From the NCBI GenBank assembly GCA_946500425.1, contig CAMMVQ010000004.1:1-61654 (forward strand): 61,654 nt of DNA. Reading direction: 5' to 3'. The stretch is from an uncultured Mollicutes bacterium (GTDB taxonomy: Bacteria > Bacillota_I > Bacilli_A > RF39 > UBA660). Position numbers and translations under genes: made by a program. Each line of letters starts with the position of its first letter. Within the stretch, counting starts at the first letter, position 1. Positions 47,924-58,220 of the stretch are shown here, one piece after another. The notes under the pieces were generated by a model. That model had not been told where the DNA came from and made no database searches. It worked only from the letters and a program-made list of their open reading frames with translations.

Positions 47924-48181
47924 ATGATTAAAATATCTAATAATAAGTTTATTTATAGAGAAGGTAATGAAATATTGGGATACGTCTTATTTTCTTTAAA
48001 CGGAAAAGACGCTAAAATAACTTACGTTTACGTTGATGAAAGGGCAAGAGGTATGGGAGTTTCTAAAAAACTTTTAGAGTACGCTAGTGATTATTTTGCT
48101 TCCAAAAACATAAACGTCATTTATGAGTGCTCTTACGCTAAAAACTGGGCGATAAAAAATAGTAGGGTAGCATCATTATGA
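47924..48181 (+). CDS. small GNAT-like acetyltransferase-fold protein (YjdJ-type)
   Basis: 85 aa. ITYVYVDERARGMGVSKKLLEYA. Confidence 0.65.
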   Translation: MIKISNNKFIYREGNEILGYVLFSLNGKDAKITYVYVDERARGMGVSKKLLEYASDYFASKNINVIYECSYAKNWAIKNSRVASL

Positions 48182-49140
48182 TACTAAACATGCTTTTATT
48201 TATTCTTGGGTTTATCTTGCTTGTTAAGGGGGCGGATTTATTTGTGGATGGTGTTTCATCTTGTGCGATAAACTTAAAGATTCCAAAAATAATAGTTGCT
48301 CTTACAATCGTTGCCTTTGGTACTAGTGCGCCAGAGTTTGCGATTTCCATGCAAGGAATGATTGACGGTAATGGTGATGTTGTTTTAGCTAACGTAATTG
48401 GTAGTACCGTGGTTAATACCATGCTTGCAATAGGTCTTGCAAGTCTTATAAAGCCCATCAAAGTAAAGAACGAAACAATTAAAAAAGAATTACCATTACA
48501 CTTAATAATCGTTGTTATTTTTTCATTACTATTTTTAGATAACGTTTTTCAGCCAAACGTTAAAAACCAAATTACTAGAGCTGACGGAATAATATTATTT
48601 TTATCATTTTTAGTTTTCTTATATTACATTTTTTCCGTAATCAAGAATCATGGTGCATCAAGAGGAATAAAAAAAGAAAAGCCAAAGTATAAACTAAAAA
48701 AATCAGTATTTTATTCTATAATTGGACTTGCTTTAATTTTTATTGGTAGTGATATTGCCGTTGATAGTGCAACTAGTTTTGCTTCGGCAATTGGCGTAAG
48801 TCATAAATTTATCACGATGGTTGTTTTAGTTATCGGAACAAGTACCCCAGAACTTGTTATGTCCGTTACTTCTGCTAAAAAAGGAGAATTTGACATAATA
48901 TTAGGAAACATAATAGGAACTAATATTTTTAACATCGGTTTTGTTTTAGGCATACCGGTTATGATTTTCGGAAGCGTTGTAGCACCCGGATTTGGATGGA
49001 TAGACATGGTAATGGTAATATTATCAGCTTTGATGGTTTACTTATTTGCAAAGCCTGATAAAAAGATATCAAAAAAAGAAGGGATTATTATGCTAAGTGT
49101 TTTTGTTATTTATTATTCATACGTAATATTTAACAGGTAA
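48178..49140 (+). CDS. Ca2+/Na+ antiporter (CaCA family, YrbG-like)
   Basis: Two alpha-repeats, GTSAPEF and GTSTPEL. About 10 TM segments. ATGA overlap with the upstream gene. Confidence 0.85.
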   Translation: MILNMLLFILGFILLVKGADLFVDGVSSCAINLKIPKIIVALTIVAFGTSAPEFAISMQGMIDGNGDVVLANVIGSTVVNTMLAIGLASLIKPIKVKNETIKKELPLHLIIVVIFSLLFLDNVFQPNVKNQITRADGIILFLSFLVFLYYIFSVIKNHGASRGIKKEKPKYKLKKSVFYSIIGLALIFIGSDIAVDSATSFASAIGVSHKFITMVVLVIGTSTPELVMSVTSAKKGEFDIILGNIIGTNIFNIGFVLGIPVMIFGSVVAPGFGWIDMVMVILSALMVYLFAKPDKKISKKEGIIMLSVFVIYYSYVIFNR

Positions 49141-49198
49141 TTGACATATCATTTAATAAGTGTTATCATACTTTTTATTCTATAAAGAAGGAGTAAAC

Positions 49199-49723
49199 AT
49201 GGATAAATATTATACCAAAGAAGAAAGAAAATTATTAGGAGACGTTTTGTTTTGTTTATATCGTGGTTTTGAATTACCGGGTGGAGGAACAAGAGACTTT
49301 GACATTTTAGATTATTTAATGATGGCAAATGGGTGTTCACTTGAACGTTTAAAAGAAGTTGGGGATATAATTTTAACCGGAATTGAAGATACAAAACCTA
49401 TAGCTAAGTTTGTTTGGGAAAACACTGATGATGAAGCAATGAATGATTATATCATTAAATGTCTTTTAGAATCAATTGATGAGGTTAAATGCAAGAAAGA
49501 TAAGAATGGTTTTCCTATACCGGGTACCGGAATAAAAATTATGCCAGCTGAAAAAAGAAAATTAATAGAAATTTTAAAGGAAAATGATTTTCCTTTAACA
49601 GTAAGTACTTACTGTGCTATTAAATCAAGATACGTTAATGGTTGGCCTTTAGAATTTAAAACTTATACTGATGCTGAAGAAAAGCTAAGTGTACAAAAAA
49701 AGAAGATTAAAAAAACACCTTAA
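49199..49723 (+). CDS. hypothetical protein
   Basis: ATG at 49199 after an AAGAAGGAG SD. TTGACA-17-TATCAT promoter at 49141-49169. Confidence 0.6.
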   Translation: MDKYYTKEERKLLGDVLFCLYRGFELPGGGTRDFDILDYLMMANGCSLERLKEVGDIILTGIEDTKPIAKFVWENTDDEAMNDYIIKCLLESIDEVKCKKDKNGFPIPGTGIKIMPAEKRKLIEILKENDFPLTVSTYCAIKSRYVNGWPLEFKTYTDAEEKLSVQKKKIKKTP

Positions 49724-49736
49724 TGGTGTTTTTTTA
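49711..49736. terminator. bidirectional terminator
   Basis: AAAAACACC-ttaat-GGTGTTTTT. Contains the stops of both convergent genes. Confidence 0.7.
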
Positions 49737-51143
49737 AGCATGAGTAATGTTAGTGTGTTTTTCTATTTCACTTGACGTCGTACATAAATCATTTACGTTT
49801 AAATCGTGAATGTTTTTATGTCCAGTTATTCGTGCAAAGGTTTTTAGCTCGTCGTTGGTAGCCTCAAGAAAATTAGATACTCTTTTAGCGCTTAAGTCTA
49901 CTTTTAATCTTTTTCTTAAATCCTCATTTTGAGTTGCAACTCCAACCGGACACATGCCATTTTGGCATATACGGTATTGCTGACAGGCACAAGCCATCAT
50001 GGCGGAAGTGGCGATTGCAACGGCATCCGCTCCCATGGCAATGGCTTTTGCAAAGTCAGAAGAAACCCTTAAACCACCAGTTATTATTAAATCAATGTTC
50101 AGGTTGTTTTCGGTCAAGTATTTTTTAGCACGGTATAAAGCATATATGGTAGGAACACTAGTTGCGTCTCTAATCATTTTAGGAGAAGCACCCGTTGCAC
50201 CACCACGTCCGTCTATGGTTATGAAATCGGGTTTAGCATAAGCAACAAACGCTAAATCTTTTTCGATGTGACCCGCTGCTATTTTAACACCAATTGGTCT
50301 ACCTTCTGACGTTTTTCTTAAATAATCAACCAATTTCTTTAAATCTTCTTTGGTTTTTATATCACTAAATTTTGAAGGGCTAATTATATCTTCGCCCTGA
50401 TTTTTACCACGTATTTTTGCTATTTCTTCCGTTACTTTGTCAGCGGGCAGGTGACCACCCATTCCTGGCTTGGTTCCTTGTCCTATTTTTATTTCTATCG
50501 CGTCTACTTTTCTTAAATTCTCATCGTTTACGCTATATTTATTTGGCACGTACTCGAAGATGTATTTATAAGCGTTATTGAACTCTTCTGGTAATATTCC
50601 GCCCTCACCAGAGGAAGTAGCCGTTTTAACCACGCTTGAGCCTTTGGCAATGGCTTCTTTAGCCTCCTTTGATAACGCCCCATATGACATGTGAGATATT
50701 ATTACCGGGCTTTCTATCACAAGTGGCTTTTTAGCGTGTTTACCAATAATCGTAGTAAGAGATACCGCCTCATCTTTTTCAAGAGGCATCGGGTCCAATT
50801 GGGCTCCTAATATTAGTATATCATCCCAACTTACTAAAGCCTTTTTAGTTCCCATTGGTTTTATAATGGGCTTACCAGTTCTTGCCATTTCGTGAACATC
50901 ATCCATTAATGCTTCTTTATCATCGTTATCTCTTTTATAAGCCTTAAGATAATCTTCTAAGCTGCTTTCGCCTTGCTTTTCTTCCTTTAATTCTTTTTTA
51001 TTATTTTCCTCTATCAAACGAAACATTGATTTAGGAACTTTACAAGTAGGGCATACCCAAGTATCAGGTAAATCTTTAAACAATATGCCTTCTTTTTCTT
51101 CGTCATATATATGACCACACATTAAGCATCTATATCTTGCCAT
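49734..51143 (-). CDS. rubredoxin-fused glutamate-synthase-domain-2-like FMN oxidoreductase
   Basis: ATG at 51143 after GGAGG. N-terminal CLMC...CPTC rubredoxin-like knuckles. GQGTKPGMGGHLP and DGRGGATGA FMN-domain motifs. C-terminal Cys cluster CACQQYRICQNGMC. Confidence 0.8.
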   Translation of the reverse strand: MARYRCLMCGHIYDEEKEGILFKDLPDTWVCPTCKVPKSMFRLIEENNKKELKEEKQGESSLEDYLKAYKRDNDDKEALMDDVHEMARTGKPIIKPMGTKKALVSWDDILILGAQLDPMPLEKDEAVSLTTIIGKHAKKPLVIESPVIISHMSYGALSKEAKEAIAKGSSVVKTATSSGEGGILPEEFNNAYKYIFEYVPNKYSVNDENLRKVDAIEIKIGQGTKPGMGGHLPADKVTEEIAKIRGKNQGEDIISPSKFSDIKTKEDLKKLVDYLRKTSEGRPIGVKIAAGHIEKDLAFVAYAKPDFITIDGRGGATGASPKMIRDATSVPTIYALYRAKKYLTENNLNIDLIITGGLRVSSDFAKAIAMGADAVAIATSAMMACACQQYRICQNGMCPVGVATQNEDLRKRLKVDLSAKRVSNFLEATNDELKTFARITGHKNIHDLNVNDLCTTSSEIEKHTNITHA

Positions 51144-51279
51144 AATATACCTCCAATTTAAGTATAACATAAACTAGTAATGATTACTATTTATTTTTTT
51201 AACGTTAACTCATTAAAATAAATAATTGATAATGAACCATAAAAATGTTACAATTAAATTATGAAAAATAGGTGATAGC

Positions 51280-52551
51280 ATGGATGATAAATACTTAAGT
51301 GTAACAGCTCTTACAAGATATATTAAATATAAATTAGATAATGACGTTCATTTGCAAGAGGTTTATTTACGTGGTGAAATTTCTAATTTTAAGGCGCATA
51401 CAAGGGGACATTTTTACTTTACGATAAAAGATGAAACTTCGAGAATAAATGCTATTATGTTTAGTTTTAATGCTTCTAAACTTAAGTTTATGCCAGAAGA
51501 TGGCATGAAAATATTGGTTAAGGGTAAGATAAGTGTGTTTGAATCAACGGGCAATTACCAAATATACGTTGAAGAAATGCTAGAAGATGGTGTTGGAAAC
51601 CTTCACATTGCCTTTGAACAATTAAAAAAGAAACTAGAAGCCGAAGGCTTGTTTGACGTTAATCATAAAAAGCAAATTCCTAAAATACCAATGCGTGTCG
51701 GTATAATAACAGCGCCAACCGGAGCGGCGGTGAAAGATATTTTATCAACGATTAAAAGACGTTTCCCAATATGTAAGACCATTCTTTTTCCTTGTTTAGT
51801 ACAGGGTGAACTAGCTAAAGATGACATTGTAAAAAAGTTAAAAATAGCAGATGATTATAATTTAGACGTAATAATATTAGGACGTGGCGGAGGATCAATC
51901 GAGGACCTATGGCCATTTAATGAAGAGGTGGTAGCAAGAGCGGTTTATAGTTGTAAAACGCCTATAATTAGCGGTGTTGGACACCAAATAGATTTTACGA
52001 TATGTGATTTTGTATCCGACGTAAGAGCGGAAACGCCAACCGGAGCGGCCGAAAGAGCGGTACCTAAGTTAACTGATATTTTAATGGAAATAGATAATTA
52101 TAAGACCAGGTTAACAAGCAACATAAAATCATTGTTAGAAAATAATAAACTAAAACTAAAGAAATTATCTGAAAGCTACGTTTTAAAAAATCCACTTAAC
52201 ATGTACGAGGTAAAAGAACAAAAATTAGATAATTTAATCGATAAACTAACAACTTGTATGAATACGGTTATATACACTAATAAAGCTAAACTGGACATAC
52301 TTAAAAGTAGTATCATTTTTAAAGAACCTGGTATTTTATATGAAAACAAGTTAAAGATAACAAATCATTTAATTGAAAAGTTAGAAATATTAAATCCTTT
52401 AAACGCTTTAAAAAGAGGATATTCAATAATTAAAAAGAATAATAAATGCATATCAAGCGTTAAAGAAATAAAGAAAGAAGACATTTTAGACGTTAAATTA
52501 AAAGACGGAATAATATTAACTAAGGTTATGGAGGTAAAAAATGAAAAATAA
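51280..52551 (+). CDS. xseA: exodeoxyribonuclease VII large subunit
   Basis: N-terminal OB fold (VYLRGEISNFKAHTRGHFYFTIKD), RGGGSIEDLW, coiled-coil C-terminus. Confidence 0.93.
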   Translation: MDDKYLSVTALTRYIKYKLDNDVHLQEVYLRGEISNFKAHTRGHFYFTIKDETSRINAIMFSFNASKLKFMPEDGMKILVKGKISVFESTGNYQIYVEEMLEDGVGNLHIAFEQLKKKLEAEGLFDVNHKKQIPKIPMRVGIITAPTGAAVKDILSTIKRRFPICKTILFPCLVQGELAKDDIVKKLKIADDYNLDVIILGRGGGSIEDLWPFNEEVVARAVYSCKTPIISGVGHQIDFTICDFVSDVRAETPTGAAERAVPKLTDILMEIDNYKTRLTSNIKSLLENNKLKLKKLSESYVLKNPLNMYEVKEQKLDNLIDKLTTCMNTVIYTNKAKLDILKSSIIFKEPGILYENKLKITNHLIEKLEILNPLNALKRGYSIIKKNNKCISSVKEIKKEDILDVKLKDGIILTKVMEVKNEK

Positions 52552-52762
52552 CGAAGTTAAATTTGAGGATAAGCTAAAAGAACTTGAAAAGATAGTTGAT
52601 GAATTAGAAAAGGGAGACACAAGCTTAGATGATGCGATTGATAAGTATTCAAAAGCAATGAAACTTGCGAAAGAATGTTCAGAAAAACTAAAAAAAGCTG
52701 AAGAAAACGTAAATAAAATTTTAACGGAAGACCTAAAAGAAGAAGATTTTACGGTTGAATAG
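52541..52762 (+). CDS. xseB: exodeoxyribonuclease VII small subunit
   Basis: 73 aa. FEDKLKELEKIVDELEKGDTSLDDAI. Overlaps the xseA end. Confidence 0.9.
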   Translation: MKNNEVKFEDKLKELEKIVDELEKGDTSLDDAIDKYSKAMKLAKECSEKLKKAEENVNKILTEDLKEEDFTVE

Positions 52763-52771
52763 GAGGATAAT

Positions 52772-53674
52772 ATGACGTTAGTTATTATGGCGGCAGGAAT
52801 GGGCTCTAGGTTTGGAGGATTAAAACAAGTAGAACCAGTTGGCCCTAATGGCGAGTTTATCTTGGATTATTCGGTTTATGATGCCATTAAAGCTGGGTAT
52901 GATAAGGTTGTTTTCATAATCAAAGAAGAAAATTATGACTTGTTTAGAAGTACGGTCGGCAAAAGAATTGAATCAAAGATAAAGGTAGAATATGTTTTTC
53001 AAAGTTTAAAAGACGTTCCAAGCGGTGTTTTAGTTCCGAAAGAAAGAGTAAAACCATGGGGAACGTCCCATGCCATATTAGCGTGCAAAAACGTTGTTAA
53101 AGAGCCTTTTATGGTAATTAACGCCGATGATTTTTATGGTTTTGATCCGTATGTTAAAATTAAAACTTTTTTTGAAGAAAAGCACGGTGATAACGCTTAT
53201 GCAATGGTTGGCTATAAAGTTAAGAATACTTTGTCACAAAACGGAGCCGCCAAAAGAGGAATCTGTTCTAAAAGTAGTGATGGTTATTTAATGAATTTAG
53301 TCGAATCATCGGTTGAAGAAGTAAATAATAAAATAGTTGCAACGCCATTAGAAGATGAAGAAAATTCTTTTGAAGTTAAAGATGATACTCTCGTTTCAAT
53401 GAATGTTTTTGGTTTTACCCCAACAATATTTAATTATTTAGAAGATGAGATGGATGGCTTTTTTAAAAATAATAAGGACAAACTTGATAAGTGCGAATTC
53501 TTAATTCCAAGTAGTGTTGCAAAAAGAATTAAAGAAAGAAAAGTAAGCGTAAAAGTACTTGATACTAGCGAACGCTGGTACGGAGTTACTTACAAAGAAG
53601 ACAAGCAGGAATTGGTTGATGCCATTAATGAAATGGTAAAAATTGGAAAGTATCCAAAAAATCTATGGAACTAA
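52772..53674 (+). CDS. sugar-phosphate nucleotidyltransferase-like protein
   Basis: N-terminal MAAGMGSRFGGLKQ (GxGxR NTP-transferase loop). 300 aa. Confidence 0.7.
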   Translation: MTLVIMAAGMGSRFGGLKQVEPVGPNGEFILDYSVYDAIKAGYDKVVFIIKEENYDLFRSTVGKRIESKIKVEYVFQSLKDVPSGVLVPKERVKPWGTSHAILACKNVVKEPFMVINADDFYGFDPYVKIKTFFEEKHGDNAYAMVGYKVKNTLSQNGAAKRGICSKSSDGYLMNLVESSVEEVNNKIVATPLEDEENSFEVKDDTLVSMNVFGFTPTIFNYLEDEMDGFFKNNKDKLDKCEFLIPSSVAKRIKERKVSVKVLDTSERWYGVTYKEDKQELVDAINEMVKIGKYPKNLWN

Positions 53675-53688
53675 TAAGTTCCTTTTTA
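53667..53688 (+). terminator. intrinsic terminator
   Basis: GGAACT-aata-AGTTCC followed by TTTTT. Confidence 0.65.
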
Positions 53689-53770
53689 ATTACCATTTTT
53701 TATCACTTATTAATAATTTTTTTCACTTCATAATAATAATGTAATTCGAATTACAAAAGGAGCATAAAAA

Positions 53771-54760
53771 ATGTTTTTTAAAAAATTAAAAAGTTTTTTA
53801 GCAATTGCTTTAATTGCTACATTTATTATGCCACAAAGCTTACTTGCTTATTCTGAATATATTGTAGCGGGAGGCGAAAACATTGGCCTTCAAATTGATA
53901 ACAAGGGAATAATTGTAGCTGGTTTTTATAAAGTTGACGAAAGATATCCCGGAAAGGAAGCTTCTTTACAAAAAGGAGATACAATAATAAGCGTAGATGA
54001 CAAAAAAGTACAATCAATCGATGATTTTATTAACGCGATAAAAAATAGCAACCAACGGAGCTTAAAATTAGTTTATGTAAGAGATAATAAAACGTTAAGT
54101 ACAAACCTAAATTTAATAACGGAAGAAAACGTAGTAAAAACTGGATTATACGTAAAAGACAAAATAGCAGGAATTGGAACTTTAACGTTTATTGATCCCA
54201 ACACCAAACTATACGGAGCTTTAGGACACGAAGTAATAGAAACTTCATCAGGTGTAATGATTAATGTAAAAGATGGAAAAATATATAACTCATCAGTAAC
54301 CTCAATTGATAAAAGTAGCAGGGGAGAACCTGGTGCTAAAAACGCTAACGTAGATAAAGAAGACGTATACGGAAACATTAAAGAAAATACGATTTCTGGT
54401 ATTTTTGGTAACTATACAAAAGAAATAAATAAAAGTAAATTATATAAAGTAGCCGGTTATGACGAAATTAAACTGGGCGAAGCAAAGATAATAACCGTTT
54501 TAGAAGGTAATGAAAAAAAAGAGTATAACATTAATATTTTAAAAGTAAACAACGATAAAAATGATAATAAAAATATTTTATTTGAAATAAAAGACGAAGA
54601 ACTTATTAGAAAAACCGGTGGAATTGTACAAGGAATGAGCGGGTCTCCAATTATTCAAGGAGAAAACATAATTGGTGCGGTGACAAACGTAGTGGTTAAT
54701 AATCCAATTAAGGGATACGGAATACTTATTACTTCAATGCTTGAGGAGGCAGAAAACTAA
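53771..54760 (+). CDS. spoIVB: SpoIVB peptidase (S55 family)
   Basis: Signal/TM, PDZ-like region (LQKGDTIISVDDKKV), GIGTLTFIDPNTKLYGALGH, catalytic Ser context GIVQGMSGSPI. Confidence 0.85.
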   Translation: MFFKKLKSFLAIALIATFIMPQSLLAYSEYIVAGGENIGLQIDNKGIIVAGFYKVDERYPGKEASLQKGDTIISVDDKKVQSIDDFINAIKNSNQRSLKLVYVRDNKTLSTNLNLITEENVVKTGLYVKDKIAGIGTLTFIDPNTKLYGALGHEVIETSSGVMINVKDGKIYNSSVTSIDKSSRGEPGAKNANVDKEDVYGNIKENTISGIFGNYTKEINKSKLYKVAGYDEIKLGEAKIITVLEGNEKKEYNINILKVNNDKNDNKNILFEIKDEELIRKTGGIVQGMSGSPIIQGENIIGAVTNVVVNNPIKGYGILITSMLEEAEN

Positions 54761-54972
54761 GTGTTTCATTTTCCCTCTTTTTTATTATAATTTTTATGTA
54801 GGCAAAAATGAAATATAGTGAAGTAAAAAATCATAATGAAAATTTATTTTTATTATAATATAAAAAAACAAAAGCTCATCTTTCGGCTAAAGAATTTTAT
54901 AAACATTGTGAAAGTGATAGAAAAAATTAAACATTTCAAATAACTATAAAATTTAATACATTAGAAAGATTT

Positions 54973-55359
54973 TTACCTCGATTCGGTCTCGGCAATCGAA
55001 AAGTTTGATCTTGAGTTTTTAAATATAATGTATATTCCGATTAGCGCTGGAATAAATGATAATATCGAAGCTTCAAATGATAAAAATAAATCTTTTTCGT
55101 CATTTTCATGATACGTTTTAGATATTTTATACTGATTATAGTTGGTATATAAAAAAGTTAAAGAAATGATTACTACGATTACGCTTTGTATGGTGGCTAA
55201 ATTTTGAGCTTCTTCGTTGGTAAATAAAGTTTTCTCGTTTTTTAACGATAAAATTTTATTATACGTAAGTAAAAAGGATATTACTAACATGCATATAAAG
55301 CCCATCGTTGCGATTAATTGTATGTTTAAATATTTTATTTTTTGCTCGTTTTCTGTCAT
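54973..55359 (-). CDS. hypothetical 4-TM membrane protein
   Basis: 128 aa, hydrophobic. No clear SD. Confidence 0.5.
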   Translation of the reverse strand: MTENEQKIKYLNIQLIATMGFICMLVISFLLTYNKILSLKNEKTLFTNEEAQNLATIQSVIVVIISLTFLYTNYNQYKISKTYHENDEKDLFLSFEASILSFIPALIGIYIIFKNSRSNFSIAETESR

Positions 55360-55383
55360 ATTAAATTATATTTTTAAAAAATA

Positions 55384-55406
55384 AAAAAAGAATACCTTAA
55401 GCATTC
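55384..55406 (-). terminator. intrinsic terminator of the small minus-strand gene
   Basis: On the minus strand: AAGAAT-gcttaaggt-ATTCTT followed by TTTTTATTTTTT. Confidence 0.6.
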
Positions 55407-55535
55407 TTACATAAAAAGTGGAGATAAAATAGCAGCAAGAGCAGAACCTATCATAGCTATTAGCGCTATCCACACAAATACTTTTCCGTAATCAATTTTA
55501 AATTTCTTTTTCTTCTTTTTATTTTCTTTAGTCAT
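55407..55535 (-). CDS. 42-aa Lys-rich/TM small protein (DUF4044-like, tentative)
   Basis: GAGGTG SD. MTKENKKKKKKFKIDYGKVFVWIALIAMIGSALAAILSPLFM. Not in the ORF track. Confidence 0.5.
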   Translation of the reverse strand: MTKENKKKKKKFKIDYGKVFVWIALIAMIGSALAAILSPLFM

Positions 55536-55627
55536 TTCACACCTCAATAACATTATAATACAAGTATTAAAAAAATAAAAGTAATATTATTTCTTGATGG
55601 CTAATATAGTTAATCAAGGAGAGCAAA

Positions 55628-56260
55628 ATGAAAAAAATATTGAACTATTTAAACGAAACAGTAAAAAAAGAAAAAGCTTTATTAATATTTGTGGTTATCA
55701 TCTTTGGTTTGGGACTTATAATTGGGTCATTGTTTGTAAACGTGGTAACTAGTGGTGATAAAGATTTATTAATCGGACAAGTTGAGGCGTTTTTTTCTAG
55801 TGCCTCTAAGTTAAGTAGTGACATATTCGGAATGAAAATGGTTGGGTCACAAATACTTAATAACGTTTTACAATTAGTAATAATATTCGTGTTAGGAGCA
55901 TCCATGATTGGTATTTTAGCAGTTATACTAATATTGTTTTTTAAGGGATTTATGCTAGGAACAACACTTGCTACAATTATTTTAAAATACCAGTTAAAGG
56001 GTGTTATAGGATGTTTTTTGTACGTTTTTCCGGTAATGATATTAAATATAATTATTTATGTTTTCTTTAGCTTCTTTGCGGTTTATGTTTCTGTTAAATT
56101 TGTTAAGGCTTTATTAAAAAAAGAAAATTTAAACTTCAAGAATTTTTTAGGAAAGTACGTATTATCTTTTTTAGTAAGTTTAGTATTAATGGTTGTTTTA
56201 TGTTTTTTAGACGGGTATTTAACACCTCTTTTATTAAAATTATTTACTTATTTAATATAA
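55628..56260 (+). CDS. spoIIM: stage II sporulation protein M-like membrane protein
   Basis: 210 aa with about 5 TM segments. The N-terminus and topology resemble SpoIIM. Assignment is tentative. Confidence 0.5.
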   Translation: MKKILNYLNETVKKEKALLIFVVIIFGLGLIIGSLFVNVVTSGDKDLLIGQVEAFFSSASKLSSDIFGMKMVGSQILNNVLQLVIIFVLGASMIGILAVILILFFKGFMLGTTLATIILKYQLKGVIGCFLYVFPVMILNIIIYVFFSFFAVYVSVKFVKALLKKENLNFKNFLGKYVLSFLVSLVLMVVLCFLDGYLTPLLLKLFTYLI

Positions 56261-56303
56261 AAAATGTGATATAATACGTTTATAGTTTTAAAAGAGGTAA
56301 TTT

Positions 56304-57338
56304 ATGAAGGTATTAGTTGGAATGAGTGGGGGAGTTGACTCCTCCGTTGCGGCTTTATTATTAAAAAAACAAGGGTATGAAGTTATTGGTGCAACGATGG
56401 TGTTGTTTGATGATGACAAATTAAAAGAGGGGTGTCTTTCTTCTAACGCCATAAAAGATGCTCAGATGGTTTGTAATAAACTAGGTATTAAACACCACGT
56501 TATAGACCTTAAGATTGCGTTTAAAAAGTACGTAATAGATGATTTTATAAATGCTTATAAAAATGGGGTTACCCCTAATCCTTGTGTTTGCTGTAACAAA
56601 TATTTAAAGTTTGGAGTTTTATTTAAGGAAGCTCAAAAACTAGGTTGTGATTATGTTGCAACCGGGCATTATGCTAAAATAAAAGATGGAAAATTAATGG
56701 TTTCTACGGTTAAAAATAAAGACCAAAGTTACTTTCTTTATGGGGTTGATAAAAACGTTTTAAAACATGTTATTTTTCCACTTGACGGTTTTACAAGCAA
56801 AGAGGAAATAAGAAGAATAGCAGAAGAAAATAACCTTGTGGTAGCAAGAAAAAAGGATAGTCAAGAGATTTGTTTCATTCCCGATAATGACTATGTTCAA
56901 TTTTTACGTAGTAAAGCTAATTTACGTTCTAAAGAAGGAAACTTTGTAGATAAAAACGGAAACGTATTAGGTAAGCATAAAGGAATAATAAATTATACGA
57001 TTGGTCAAAGAAAGGGGCTTGGAATAAGTAGCAGTCATCCACTTTATGTTATAAAGATAGATATTAGTAATAACGAAATTACTTTAGGAAGTGAAAATGA
57101 CTTGTATAATAACGAATTAGAGTGTCGCAACGTAAACGTATTGGTAGACAAGTTACCAAGCGTTGTAATGGCTAAAATTAGGTTTAGAGCTAGTGCTTCT
57201 TTAGCAAGATTAAAAACGTTAGAAAATGGCAATATTAAAGTTATTTTTAAAGAACCACAAAGAGCAATCACCAAAGGGCAATCAGTAGTATTTTACGATA
57301 AAGAAGGAGTTGTTTTGGGTGGTGGTATAATCATATAA
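56304..57338 (+). CDS. mnmA: tRNA 2-thiouridine(34) synthase MnmA
   Basis: PP-loop GMSGGVDSS, catalytic Cys context NPCVCCNK, ATGHYA, DQSYFL. Confidence 0.93.
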   Translation: MKVLVGMSGGVDSSVAALLLKKQGYEVIGATMVLFDDDKLKEGCLSSNAIKDAQMVCNKLGIKHHVIDLKIAFKKYVIDDFINAYKNGVTPNPCVCCNKYLKFGVLFKEAQKLGCDYVATGHYAKIKDGKLMVSTVKNKDQSYFLYGVDKNVLKHVIFPLDGFTSKEEIRRIAEENNLVVARKKDSQEICFIPDNDYVQFLRSKANLRSKEGNFVDKNGNVLGKHKGIINYTIGQRKGLGISSSHPLYVIKIDISNNEITLGSENDLYNNELECRNVNVLVDKLPSVVMAKIRFRASASLARLKTLENGNIKVIFKEPQRAITKGQSVVFYDKEGVVLGGGIII

Positions 57339-57367
57339 GATATCATTTAGTTGATATCTTTTATTTT
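57337..57367 (+). terminator. intrinsic terminator
   Basis: AAGATATC/GATATCTT stem followed by TTATTTT. Confidence 0.7.
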
Positions 57368-57452
57368 ATCAACGTCATATAATGTAATATTATTGACAAA
57401 TTTGTAAAATAGTGTAAAATTATAAATGTAATATAGAGTAGGAGAGATGACG

Positions 57453-58220
57453 ATGGATAAGTTAAACGAGATATTACAAGAGGTTGGAATTTCTAAGGTG
57501 AAACTAGCTAAATATTTAGGCGTGTCAAGGCAAATGATATATAACTATTTAGAAATGAACGATATATCTAGATGGCCTAAAGATAAGAAAATGAAACTTT
57601 TTAACTTGTTAGACATCAAGGATGCGTCAGAAATTGACAAAATCGTAGTTGACACAGAATTTATTAATAAGGTTGACATGGTTTTGAATGGCGATGCTTC
57701 CAGTGTTAGCGTTTCTCATTCTGAAAGTATAGAATTTAAGGAGTTAAAACCTAGGGAACAAGAATTATTAAATGATATAATTTTTACAATAAAGGAACGC
57801 TTTGTTGATGGTGCGGAAGATTCATACGTAACATACAAGTATTTATTAAACTTTATTCAGGGCATAGAAAACGTAAAAGAATTAAAGTATATGATGGGAT
57901 ACGTTGTTAAACTATTAGGTTTTGTTGACCCTGATGAATACGCTTTTAACGAAGAAGAACAATTTGTATTTGAAAGTATTATGCATTCTGCAATGGTATT
58001 ATACCGCGGTGGCGGTGCTTCTAAATCAAGGCTTGCTGAAACACATAAAAAGTTTGTTGCGGAAATAGAACATAAAAAAGAAGAAAAACTTAGTCGTACG
58101 GAAGAAATAAATACTGCTAAGATACAAGCCTTACATGAGCTCGGTTATAATGAAATAACGCGCGAAAACGCTTCAGAAGTATTAGCTAAAATAGCTGAAA
58201 TACAATCCCGTGACGTTTAG
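57453..58220 (+). CDS. HTH (XRE-like) domain protein with unknown C-terminal domain
   Basis: ATG at 57453, 6 nt after GGAGAG. N-terminal ISKVKLAKYLGVSRQMIYNYLE helix-turn-helix. 255 aa. Confidence 0.65.
   Translation: MDKLNEILQEVGISKVKLAKYLGVSRQMIYNYLEMNDISRWPKDKKMKLFNLLDIKDASEIDKIVVDTEFINKVDMVLNGDASSVSVSHSESIEFKELKPREQELLNDIIFTIKERFVDGAEDSYVTYKYLLNFIQGIENVKELKYMMGYVVKLLGFVDPDEYAFNEEEQFVFESIMHSAMVLYRGGGASKSRLAETHKKFVAEIEHKKEEKLSRTEEINTAKIQALHELGYNEITRENASEVLAKIAEIQSRDV

Noticed and set aside
49934-50241. Two plus-strand ORFs (64 and 80 aa) inside the glutamate-synthase-like gene
   Set aside because: Antisense to a frame with strong FMN-domain motifs.
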